Positions 24,101-36,400 of a stretch of DNA of 64,000 nucleotides are shown one piece after another. The stretch's first letter is position 1, and every line of letters starts with the position of its first letter. The position numbers were made by a program, and so were the translations under genes. Source of the stretch: Bilabrum cf. latius. Lineage: Eukaryota. Location of the stretch: contig OZ237737.1 of the NCBI GenBank assembly GCA_965178125.1, positions 1,178,001 through 1,242,000 on the forward strand, written 5' to 3'. Under the pieces are notes generated by a model. That model was given only the letters and a program-made list of their open reading frames with translations, was not told the DNA's origin and ran no database searches.

Positions 24101-27100
24101 TTGCCCTGGCCTCGCACGTCGGCATCAACAGCTTCGAGGATCCCGAGGGCGAGCAGGTGTACCACTACATCGTCGGCAAGGAGATCCAGTATGACGCCCA
24201 GGTGGCATAGCAGCTCGAGGGCATCGAGATCGACAGGAGCACCGGAGAGCTGTATTACAACACCGGCACTGGCAGTATCGCAACTGGTACTACGTTCACG
24301 ATCACCATCATTGGCGCTGACTTAGGTCCAGCCAACGCGCTGCCTGCCGGTGGGTTCGAGTTCCCTCCCGAGGCACTGACCGCCACGACGCCTGTGGCCC
24401 GAGTGCAGTCCTTCCAGTTCGTCTGTGCCGCTGGTCACTAGCCTGGGGCCAACGGTGGCTGCGAGCCGTGCTCTCCTGGTTTCTCAAGCCCCGCGGTGGG
24501 TCTGTCCAGCTGCGGAGCGTGCGGGAGCTTCTACTACCAGCCCAACGAGGGTGCTTCTTCCTGCCTGCGGTGCGAAGATGGCCCCAACACCATCCCGCAT
24601 GCCACTGGCGGGCAGAGCGAGGCTTGCCTGGTGTGCTCTGACGTGGACGACAACGCCATTGCCAACGCTGCTGGAGATGGCTGCGTCTGCGCTGTCGGGT
24701 TTGCCGCTGATTAGGGCACTGATGGCGGCCGCGGCGAGTCGATTTCATGCAGCCCCTCCATGATGCTGGACGTGGCACAGGGAGCACAGACCACCTTGTA
24801 TATCCTGGACGGAGTGCCACCCCCGGATGCCGGATCTTGCGACTTCTCGCTGGAGATGACCGTGCTTGGCTCCTCCACGACCAAGCTGGTTGCCCTTGTA
24901 CCCCCAGGCCTGGCCACTCGCTTCCAGCAGAGGGAGTTCGCGCTCAGGCTGCAGCCCCGAGGCGGCGGGCCGCTGCCGAGTGGTGTATCGTTCCAGCAGG
25001 AAGTGCCTAGTTCGTCCGACTACACCTTGTCCAATGCGTTTGGACTCGTCTTTGTCCCTATCGACGACCAGATTGTAAACGCCCATGCTGCAGGCGTGGG
25101 CGTGGAGTTCACCATAGTCGTTGAGGTGCTGCAGGGCACCTCGATCAACTTCGAGAGCATTGATTCCACGGAGACTTATTTTGCGCTGCCCATCATCGCG
25201 GTGGGAGGCGAGTGCGATGCAGCGAGCATGGATTCGCAGGCCTGCCTCGATTCGAATCAGGCGGAGACTCAATTGGTATTCACGGTGGTTGACCGTGCCG
25301 ATGCTCCCCAGATCCGATTCGCGGATTCCAACGGGTACGCTGTTTCGGAGACCCTGAGTAGCTCTGTGCAGTTTCCGTTTCGTCTCGAAAACACCGATGA
25401 GCAGTCATGGAGCACAGCTGTGGCCTCACCGCCGTTTGTCAGCGACTCGGACATGCTGGCGCCGGCACCCGGCGTAGACAGCGGTTCTGGCGCGGCCCAT
25501 CTCACCTTTGCAACGGAAGACGCTCGGCAGCCTCTCTTGCACGTGTCTGCTGAGGTGCGCCTGAGCGCCGGTGCTTCCCTTCCTCCCGGGGTACCATCCG
25601 TGTCGTACTACAACGTGGAACTATAGAGAAGTCGCACCGCTGTGAACCAGGGCTTCACCGTGACTGCCTACAAGATCACCCTCTCCGTTGATGGCGAGGC
25701 CCGAGGCAGCAGCGGTAGCGGGACTAGGCTGCACTGCTCTCCGCAGTGCCCTGATGGTCTTGAGGTCGTAATTACCGGCAGGTCCATTGGGCAGCACCCC
25801 AGCGTGCCGTCCACGGAAATGGTGCTACCACTATCCGTGATCAACGTGAACGAGGCGCCCGTGTTCGGCTCGGATGCTCAAGGCGGCATTACGGTCCAGA
25901 TTCCAGAGAACACAGCGGCTGGTGGTGCGCCGGAGACAAGCGGAGCATTCACGGTGTTCGATTTCGACCAGGGCGACTCGATCACAGGTTGCACCGTGTC
26001 GGCTGCTGAGTTCCCGAACGGCCTCTTCGACGCTACTGTGGGCTCGCTCGGATCTGGCGAGAGCCTGTTCAGCAACGGAGTGTCAGTGTCTCTTGCGCTT
26101 GCCTCTGGCGTGCAGCTCGACCACGAGACGGTAGATGAGGTCAGCGCGCAGCTGACGTGCAGCGACTCTAGCGGAGCTAGCAGCTCTATCTCGTTCCAGG
26201 TGCGCATTGTTGACGTGAACGAGGCGCCCTACATGGCCACTCGCGTGGACTCTACCGACATCTGCTTCTCGGAGAACCCCGCTGCCGGTGAGCTTGCCTC
26301 CGGCGCCCTTCGGATCGACGATCCAGACACTGAGCAGCTGGCATCCCTGGAGGTGCGTGTGGAATCCTGCAACATCGAGAACGGAATAGCTGTGTGCCAG
26401 CCATCTTCAGGCACACAGTATGCCGATTTTTCGTCCTGCGTGGATGTCGTGGAGATCACCAACAACGCGCAGGATCCGTTCCACGGCAGCAGCTCGACCG
26501 AGAGGCGAGTCCGCCTCGCGTACCGTGACTCCCCGGAATGCCGAGAGCTGGCCAACTACGAGGCTTCCTTTGGCAGCGTGGCGGCCCGGGATGCAACCGG
26601 CAAGCCGGTGCGTTACCTTCGGGTGGTTGTTGACGACGGCACACCGGCCGGCCGCCGGCTCCAGAAGCTGGGAGGGGACGAGGGACGCATGGCTGCGTGG
26701 AGGCGACGCTTGCTGCAGTCCAGCGTGCTTCTTCCCGTCTGCATCCGGAACGAGGACGAGCCGCCTGTCGCTATCGCGCCAACCGGAGAGACGCTTCCGC
26801 TGTTCGTTCGAGTGACCGAGAATGATGAGAACCTTCCGAGTACTCTGCTGGACGCTCGGAACTACTTCCAGGACCCTGACGCGGGTGATGCCGGCAACCT
26901 GCAGTACACGATCGAGTTTGTGTCCACAAACAATGCAGGAGGCGAGACTGCTGCCTTGAACCACATTCAGACCGACGACCAGGCCGGCTTGATCACCCTT
27001 GGGCCCGATGCATTCAACTTTGAAGAGGGTAGCCAGTACAAGTACCTGATATCTGCTCGCGATCCCGACCTTGGCGCTGGAGCGCAGGCCGAATTTGAGG

Positions 27101-30100
27101 TCACCATTGAGGTGCTGGACCAGAACGAGGCGCCTGAGCCCACGCAACATGTGCCTGCTGAGTCCCAGATGGTGGAGTATTCCACTGACCTGCAGGCCAT
27201 CACGGATTTCTCGTCTCTGTTCGTTGACGTGGATGAAGGTGACAGCCTGCGGTTCAGCGTCCGGCTTCACGACGGTGTCTCTGGCGACCTGCCGTTTGAG
27301 ATAACCTCTGTGGGGGGCGTCCTGTCATACACTGGCCCCGCCAACCTCGACTTTGACGACCGCGCCCAGATCCCCTCCCCTTGGATTGACGTCGTTGCCA
27401 CCGACTCGGAGGGCTTGACTGGGTTCCTGCCGGTCCGCCTGGGGCTGATCAACGCAAACTTCCCGCCGGTGGCCCAGCCGCCGCAGATCCAGTAGTCTAT
27501 CGACGAGAATGTGGCTGGTCCCATCATCATGGGCCAGATCACCGTGACCGACCGAGATGCCGGCGATAGTTTCACGTTCGAGATCATCAACATTGCCGGT
27601 GCCGATGCCGCCGCTGCAGGAAAGTTCACGGTTGACTCGCAGGGAACTGTGTCATACACCGGTACCGGCGAGGACTACGAGGCGCTGCTGGCCGCTGGAA
27701 GCACCGTGGTGGAGGCGGATGTCCGCGTGAGCGATGGCGTGACCGCCTCGGCTAGCCTGCCTCGCGTGCGAATCTCGCTCCACATCTAGGACGTGGACGA
27801 GGCCCCCATCCTCACCAGCAGCCCGGACACGACGCAGGAGCCTCTCGTGATCAGGAAGAGCGCACCTGCTGGCTCCCCGGTGCAGGGAGGTGTTTTCGGC
27901 TTTGAGGGTTCCAAGGGTCCCGAAGGGCCCACATGCCGCCTGTGCGCCTGCGTGCTAGTCGACAGCGAGGGTGGCTCTCAGGTGGGCGACGATGGACGCT
28001 GCGAGCTGTGCAACGACGAGCTGGGGGAGGCCTTCGGTTTCACCGACAGTCTCGACGCGGCAGCCTGGGACTCCGAAGCAGGCACAGGAACCTGCCAGCT
28101 CAGGCTGCTGGAGCCCAACCTTCTAGACGATGAGCTCGGGGCGTATGCGATCCGAGTGCAAGTACAGGCGGAGTCCTCCTCTGGGTTCCTGAGTGAACAG
28201 ACTGGTGTGGCCGATGTTGTGGCCCAGTGCCCGGTTGCGACGTGCCCCCAGGGCCAGGTACCCTACGGGGTCTGCGGTGCGCAGACCCCTCAGACCTGCG
28301 TCCCGATCGCGGACGAGGGTAACGGTCAGCAGTACGAGCTGGACACGGACTGCACGGAGACGAGGAACGGCTTCGAGAAGGGCAAGCTGACGCTCATGCA
28401 GGTCGACGATCCTACGGGAGCCAACAACAGGAGGGCTCGCGACGAGCAGTGCGACTCGCGCCTCCGGGTGGCATGGTACCAGGGCGACAAGCCCGCGTGG
28501 TACCGCCAGATGATCGAGCCGTTCCGCCGCTTCCGGGTGGAAGGCCGGGACAACCTGTTTGAGGCGGATGTGGCTCTTCCGCAGGGCAAGTGCTACTTTA
28601 TGGACATCATCGAGCTTAACGGCGGCGACCAGGCGGTCATGGGACTCAAGTATCAGACGCAGTCTGCCTTCTCACGTGCCCTCGAGGACGACGAGGACGA
28701 CGAGTTCGTGCGCATACCTGCAACCAGCACCGTGTCGACGAGGTGCTTTTGCGCCCCTTGCGCAAGCCCCGATCGGTTCCGGAACCCACTCTGCGAGGCT
28801 GACACGTACGCCTCGGCCGTGCTGCCCCGCTCGGAGTGGTGCCAGGAGTGCTCCACCTGCAGGCCAGGCATCGAGTACGAGACCAAGAGCTGCAGGGGCT
28901 CTCACCCGGACGAGGTCGCCAGCGAGTACCAGAACCGCGAGTGCGCTTCCTGCACCCCTTGCCAGGTGGGCGAGTTCGAGGCTAGGCCGTGCCAGGGTCG
29001 CCAGGACCGCGTGTGCGAGTCTCGCAACGTGGAGGGCTTCCCCCGACCATACAACAGCGAGAGCCACGTGTCTCCCCAGCTGTTTGCGCCGTTCTCCGGA
29101 AATCGCAGAAACGCCGAGTGCAGGGCGCAGCTTGGCTTCCGGTGGTCGACGTTCGACCGCCAGCGGTGGGGCAGCCGCTGGTTCATGATCCGCGAGACGC
29201 AGCACAACGACGTGCACGTCGACTATGTTTTCGAGGCATCTGATGGCTGGGAGACGCAGTTCGTGATTGGAGCCATGGAGAAGCCCGAGCAGACCTACAC
29301 CCTGTACATGTACGGTCCATTTGACATGGCACAGCCTGCGTACTAGCCAGCTCCAAGCGACAGCACTTGGCGCGCTGTTACCGGCAACGGCCGCAGCGTC
29401 ACGATCGGATCGGAGTGTCTCGAGGTCGTGGAGGAGGCTACGGTTCTCTCGACGGAGCGTTCCGTGGATCACACTGGCTTCTACGGCGATCTTGAGCCTG
29501 TCATCTCTCACAACCGCAGGGACGAGCGCTGCCACGTCCTTGCGCGGGTGTCGTACGTGGATCAGGTGTACACGGGAGCGCCTACCGCGACCTTCCGGAT
29601 CCGTGAAGTTGGCAACCACAATGTGCCTTTCGCGCGCGATGTGACGCTGGAGCTTGGAACCTCTGTGGTCGTGGATCTCGGCGACGAGGACACGTTCAAC
29701 AATGCAAGGCACCTCCGCTTCTAGATGTACCGTTCGGACGGGCAGGGACGCTACACGATCCCGACGTCCAGCGCCCTGTCAGTCGGGCGGAAGTGCCTGG
29801 AGGTGCTGGAGGAGGCAACCCGTGATGTGACACAACCCGTGGACCTGCGCTGGGATGTATTCACCGGTGTCTCCGGCAAAATCTCCACGCTTTACGGCAT
29901 CCGTCGCGATTCTCGCGATCGCGCCATCGTGCACGTCCAGTACTACGATCCGAACGGGCCTGGCGAGGCCGTGTTTAAGATCGCGGAGACGGCCAACTGC
30001 GACATTCCTTTCGTGCGCAAGGTCACGATCAAGAACGGCGAGAGCGCTGTGCTTGATCTGGGCTCGAGGCAGGACTTCCGCCGACGCAGCTGGCTGCGCT

Positions 30101-33054
30101 TCACCATGTACCGTGAGAACCTCGGGGCCGACACCGAGGGGAGCTGGATCTTCGTGCGGTCCGTGCGCCTGGGACCCTGGCAGGTTGAGACCTTCGAGCC
30201 TGCTCGCCTGCTGAATGCCGAGTTCCCTCGCCGCACGACCACACCGACTGGCAGGCGCGGCAACATCGAGCCCGTGTACGGTTACCTTCGGTCCCCTAGC
30301 TGCGACGTGTTGGTGCGGGTCAGCTTCTACGACCCGCACGGGTGCGAAGACGAGGAGAGGACCTTTGTGGTACGCGAGACCATGCACTGCAGCGTGCGCT
30401 TTGCCCGCTCGATCACTCTCTAGAACGGCTAGGAGGCAATCCTTAACTTGGGAGACAGGGCGACGTTCCGAGGCCGATCCTGGCTCCGGTTCTCGCTGCA
30501 GTATTCTGACAACCGCGGGGGGTGGCGCACGAAGGAGTCCCTCTTCGTCGGCCCGAGCTGCATTGACATGTTTGAGGATGACGAGGACCAGGCCGACGTT
30601 ATCACGAACGCAGGCGGAGGCTACGACCTGCGCACCGGGCGTGGTGGCAAGCTCCTGTCAGTGTGGGGACAGCGCCGGGCACCGAGCGGCACTGGATGGG
30701 TGGACCAGGATGGGGAGGTGGTCGAGGAGTGCGATGCAATCGTGAGGGTGGCTTACAACGACCCGTACGGCGAGGACGAGAGGCGCTTCGTGCTTGCCCC
30801 TCTGAGCTGGTGGTGGGGTGCGCGCTCTGGTTCCGACAACGGCGCCAGGTCTTTGGTTGTCGCGAATGGGGAGGAGAAATATGTCAACCTCGGGTCGTTC
30901 GCCGAGCTGGGCAACGACCACTGCGAGTGGTACTCTCTGATGGTTTTCGACCGCAGGTGCATGGCATGGATCCCGCAGGCATGGGTGTTCCTTGGCCCGC
31001 AGTGCGTGCCGACGTACCCGCTCGCCAACCAGGTCGCTGGCTACCCGCTGCCCAACTTTGCGCCTACCTGGAGCGATGCCTTCCTCGACTACGAGACTGT
31101 TCTGGGTGATCGCGTCCGCCTGTGCAACGGTGACGTCGCTATCTACCTTCGCTTCTGCGAGGACGAGCGAGTGGCCCCTGCCACCCAGGAGATCATCCTC
31201 AAGGAGACAAAGAACAGCAACATCGACTGGGCCGTGTCTGTGACCCTGGAGCGCTGCACTGAAACGATCGTGATCGTGCCGGCGTCGCAATGGTCTGCCA
31301 GATGGGTAGAAATCTCGGCCTACACTCGCAACGACCGCGGGGACAGCCTGCACCGCGGCTGCAGGTCCTTCGGCACGCACCGCTCCAGCGTGTGCGCCGC
31401 CGACCTTGAAGTCACCGACACGAGGAGGCTGCTGCAGGAGGCTAGCGGCGACGGTGCCTCGAGCACGTCCATCCGCCACGACATCGCGCAGGCGGCCAGC
31501 CCCCGCTCCGCCATCCGAATGGAGGCCACTCTGTCGAACCTTCGGCCGGGATAGGACGATACCGACCCTGACCTGGAGCCGGCCGCGTCGCGCGTCATCT
31601 ACGGAGATCTGAAGGCCGTGATGGAGGCTGGTGGGCCCTCTGAGTACGACCTGCAGGGGGCGCTCAACGGCGCTCTCGAGAAGGTTGTGAACGATGCTGG
31701 CGTGCAGGCCAAGGTGTTCGCAAACGCCGCGACCGCTGGCGGTGTCCGGCTCAGCGTGCTGCCGCCCACCCAAAGGTCCAACGCAGAGGCTGCAGTGGCG
31801 AGAGCCATCGATTCTGGCGCGCTGAAAACGGAGATCGAGAGCCGGGGAGCCCACGCTCTTGGCGAGCTGCAGATTGTGGACGATAACGCGGTGCCAGCCT
31901 CTCCTGACACTGATGGTGGTGAGACTGTTGTGGACAACAGCGGCAACTCTGGTGATGACAGCGGCTCCGAGTCCGGGGGAAACACCACGACGGGTGGCGG
32001 CTCCACTGTGCAGCCCCCAGCCGCTGGGGGGCGCGTGCCCGGCTCTGGCAGTGAGAACAAGAGCCCGCTGTGGTCCGAGCGCGGCGACCTGGTCGTGCCT
32101 CTCCTCATTGTGGCATGCGTGCTCGGAGTGCTGCTGGTCGCATCGGGCATCTTTATTGTCCGGAACAGGTCGGAAGGCGTGGTGGTTGAGATTACTACCG
32201 TGGAAGAGGAGGAGGACGGTGACGACGCGCACAGCCCTCGACCAAAGAAGGGCGACGATGCAGCCACTCCACGTGCCGGTGTCACGACCGTCAAGACCGC
32301 CGGCTTGAGACCCGCTGCAGGTTCCATGGCGCACCTGATTGACGATGACGCCGCGTCTACCTGCCCCTCAGAGGACGCTAGTAGGTCGAGCAGGGACAGC
32401 CGTGCCATGCACAAGTCCGCTCTTTCCGCGCTGCAGCACCCCGCCAGCCCTGCCGGAAGGATGCAAGCCCTCGGTTGCAACCCTAGCCCTAGGGAGGCCC
32501 TGGCGCGAGAGGCGAGGGACTCCGTGTCGCCGGGCGGCACCCGCGGCCAGCCCTCGAACCGCAGGTCCTCAGCAGACGACCGTCCTATGGGTTCTGTGAC
32601 TGCGGAGAGGACTCGCAGCCGCCGGCATCACCGGACCTCGTCTGTCGGAGCGTCACGTCCCGGTCTGCAGGAGAGCGCCATCGACGCGCTGAAGCGAGAG
32701 AGGAAGCGTACCATGCCCAAACAGAAGCGGGAGAGGCTTCAGGCGCATGACAGCGATGACGAAGGTTACGTGAGCCCGCCGCAGGAGGATGTGGACTCGG
32801 GTGACGCGGCCGTAAGCGGGGGCATGGCACTGCTGCGGACAGGCGGCAACGCAGGCAGCAGCCCTGGCGAGGTCTCCGGCGGCCAGCCCACCACTCCCGG
32901 TGCAGCGGCCATCCGCCGTGAGAGCCGCAGGAACTTGCTTGCCATGGGAAGCAGTGCTGGCAGTGCCGCTGGTTCCAGCCGCGGATCAGGCGAGTCCCGC
33001 CCAGCGATGCTCGGTGACGTCCCTAAGCAGAAGTCGCTTCGGAACGTTTTCTGA
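21179..33054 (+). CDS. Giant single-pass membrane protein (~3,900 aa): signal peptide, RCC1/BLIP-II-like repeats, Cys-rich repeat, ~7-8 cadherin repeats, partial PA14-like segment, TNFR-like Cys repeats, six novel ~130-aa repeats, TM helix, disordered tail
   Basis: Exon 21179-21335, intron 21336-21520 (GTGAGA...CGCAG), then one frame through 14 TAGs (21859, 23446, 23815, 24208, 24439, 24712, 25624, 27493, 27787, 29344, 29722, 30421, 30430, 31552) to TGA 33052-33054. Motifs: HSACFL..GNVACFG, LRCWG, LECWG; NVNEAP, DVNEAP, LDHE, DQNEAP; CSTCRPG..YE..SC...NRECASCTPC..GEFE..PC...QDRVC; TM LLIVACVLGVLLVASGIFIV at ~32100-32160. Confidence 0.88.
29110..31400 (+). repeat. Six diverged tandem protein repeats (~130 aa, ~390-nt period) inside the 21179-33054 gene
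   Basis: Shared consensus by eye: C.v.vrV.Y.DP.G....F.irET.h..v.F.R.vTl.nG.s.v.dLG....F....wLRF.mY......W.....l.vGp.C...fE. Confidence 0.8.
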
Positions 33055-33490
33055 GGGTGCGGGATGCCCATTAGATATTAGAAATTTGCGTGCGTGTATT
33101 GAACTTTGAGAGGTCATCTGGTTGCTTGCCCAGTCCGCCCGTCCTGGCAGTAGCTGGTTTCGGGTGAATTCCCTTAGGCGTGGGTGTGTTCTCGGGGCCG
33201 CGGGCGCTCCCGGGCGGACGCGTCGCGACTCGTGAGATCCGATCAGCCTACGCTCTGGGGAACTGGGTAGACAGATGTGCCATAGAATCGATTCCATAAC
33301 AAATCATCTCGCCTCTAGTGTGTTGTTGCGGTCTGCTTTTGTGGATACCAACCCCATGACTAAACTGCTCCCGCCGAGCAGCACTGCTGCTGCCAAACCG
33401 GAACCCAAAAGCACAGTTCGCGCCTTTCACAAAACTGCGCCTGAGGGCTCTCTCACCTCTTCATTATCTTGTTTTATTCCGCCTAATAGT

Positions 33491-36400
33491 ATGCCGAAGC
33501 AAAGTACGAGGGCTCGAGCAAAAGTTGAGCCTCGGAAGCTCTCCTAGGATTCGTCTGAGAGCGACATCGCAGGTGCCGCTCGTGGCAAGGCCTCCGCTTC
33601 TAGAGGCAGAGATGCTTTGCCAAAATCGCAGTATGACAATTTTATAGATAGTTTGAGTGGAATCGATTTCCCGTCACCGGGCAAGTCATCCCAATTGGCT
33701 GCGCAAGGGGCAGGTACGAATGGCGAGCCTGCTGCGAAGAGGTCACGGTCTGAGAGATACCAGGGATCCAGAGGATTGAAATCTAGCAGAGACCCTTTTT
33801 CAAGTGGAAATACGTATGCTGGCATTCTGTAGAGTGCTGGCTCAGGCGAGACAAGCGAAGCAGACTACGACGAGGATGATAGTGTAGACAGCGAAGCAGA
33901 ATCGGAGGACGAAGGTGACGCCGGCAGCGAAAGACTTAAACCCAGTCGTCGTGGGGTAAAAGAGTTGGCGAAAGCGTCAGAAAAGCTCTCTGCGCAGCTC
34001 TGGGAAGAGGAAGAAGGGGTTTACGGGGCTGGCCTGATGTCCAGAGCTGGCGTCAAGGCGTCCGTTGACTCCCTCTCGTCATCGTCGAATCTTGGACGCC
34101 CTTTGGGCAAGAAGAGACACGCAAAGGTGATTGAAGACATGGCTCGCGACCGGGATGCGCACCGCTAGGCGGCACTTGCGACTGCCCCGAATGCGACGTA
34201 CGCAGAGCGCACCGTCACCCCAGATCCAGGCACCATCCTGAAACTGACGATGCACAACTTCATGTGCCACTCCCACCTTGAGATTGAGTTTGGTAACTTT
34301 GTGACGTTCATTAACGGGCGAAATGGCAGCGGCAAGAGCGCGGTGTGCCTGGCGCTTCAGCTGCTGATGGACAAGTCATCTGGATTCATGATGGACAGAA
34401 AGAGGTATCGCACGGTGAAGAAGCGGGATGCGGCACCGGGAACCCGCTGCTACATTGAAATGGTCATCAGCAACAAGAAAACCAACTTAGGAGGATGTGA
34501 GATTCCCTGGATTCGGCTCGCTGCCGAATCGGACTGGCCGTCAGGAACCGCTGGTGCTTGCTCCCTGTCGCGCCTCTCTCTCTCCTTGAATGTGCGCTTT
34601 GACTCAAGCATATGCATCCTCTCTCTCCTCGCAGCTACTATCCCGCATAACCACCGGCTCTACGGTGACTGGATCAAGGTGCAGAGACGTATCGGCGATC
34701 GGGACCAGAAGTGGCAGTCGTTTCTGATTTGGGGCGAGAACCACGAGCAGTTCAGGGGGACGGGGCCGCAGTCGGTTGGTGTGCCAGACACCGCAATCAG
34801 AGGGAGGGACGCAGATACTGAGCTAGAAGCTATCGTGAAATGGTTTTGCTACCATCCGGACAACCCGATCACGTTTCTCACGCAGGATCGGGCGAAGCAG
34901 CTTGCTATGTCTACGTCCCGTCACAAGTACGAGATGTTCCTGGTCGCCACCGATGCCCGCGTCAGCATGGTCCGCATGGAATCGATGCGAAAGCGGTACA
35001 ATCGCATTGCCGCAGACCTTGAGTCCCTGCAAGTTACCCGAGAACGGCTCAAGAAGAAGGCTGCCGCAGCCAAGGCCGAGTGGGACAAGTGCCGTCAAGT
35101 GCGCAACGCAGACTCGGAGATCCCGAGGATACGCTTGCGGATCGCAATGAAGGAGCAGGAGGAAGAGGTTGCCAGGAAGGAACGACTAGAAAGGAAGCAG
35201 GCGAGCGACAAGGCTCGCCTGAAGCTGCAGCACGAAAGGATGGTGGAGCTAGGGACCCTCGCTGACGGTCTGGACGACGATGCGGCTCGCAAGGACACCG
35301 AGGCGGAGGAAATGGAGACCGAGCTTACAGAGAGCAGCGCGAAAGGCACCTCTCTTCGCAGCAAGATTTCCATGCTACAGGGCAGGAGAGAGCGCACGGA
35401 GCAGCGCTATCTCGAGAGCAAGGAAGAGGTCAGTCGCACCAGGGAGGAGCTGGGCAAGGCGCGGAAAGCCTACGACGATGCGTGGGTGAAGGCAGGTGTG
35501 CCACCTGTAGATTCAGAGGACGAGCTGACCGACGAAGACTTGCAACTGAGCAGTGACAGCGATGGGCAGGGTCTCGATCTCGTTGATGATGAGGAGGATG
35601 AGGACGGCCCGTCGAGAAGAGGCGGCAAGGCAGACCGTCGAGGTAGGCGGGGCAGACAAGGCAGGGCGCAGCGCGCAGCGGGACGAAAAAAGCGCGCAGG
35701 CCCCAGGGCGTAGCTGTGGCACAAGACCTTTGACGAATCCTCGCCTGCCTTTGGCAAATATGCAGACAACCCCAAGAGCACAAACCCAGGTGGGCGAGCC
35801 GCAGCAGCCAGTGATAGCGAGGACTCGGACTCCGGGTACGATTCGAGCGGCGTGACCAGAGACGATCTATCCTCGACAATTGCAAAGCTGGAGAGCAAAG
35901 AGGCTGCCACGCTGCGCAAAGTACGCAAGGTTGACGCCAAGCTACGAGGGATCGCAGGCGCGAGACGTGAGGTGCTCAAGCAGCAGGCGCAAGCAGAGAC
36001 GAGCGTAGGGTCCTCCACAGTTTACCTGAAGCAGCAGCAGAAAGCCTTGAAGGAAGCCAAGGCGAGATTGAAAGAGGTTCAGCGGTCAGTCAAGGGTGGT
36101 TCTGGCGAATCGCAGCAGCACGCTTCAGTGGCTGCCTCCATGCTGGGCACAGCTGCAGGTCGGTACTGCCTTGCACTGGAGAGGCACATGGGCAGTCAGG
36201 CACCCATCGGTCCTATTGGCGCCCTGTTTCGGATTCAGCCACAGTACCGCAAGTGGAGGGCAGGAATCTGTGCCGCGCTCCAGGACATTCTCTCTTCGTT
36301 CCGCTGCGAGACAACGAAGCAATTCGAGCAGGCTCGCAAAGTTGCCAGCGCGTCAAGGTACGACGCGGACCTGAGGGCATTCAAACCTCTTGACCCTGCT

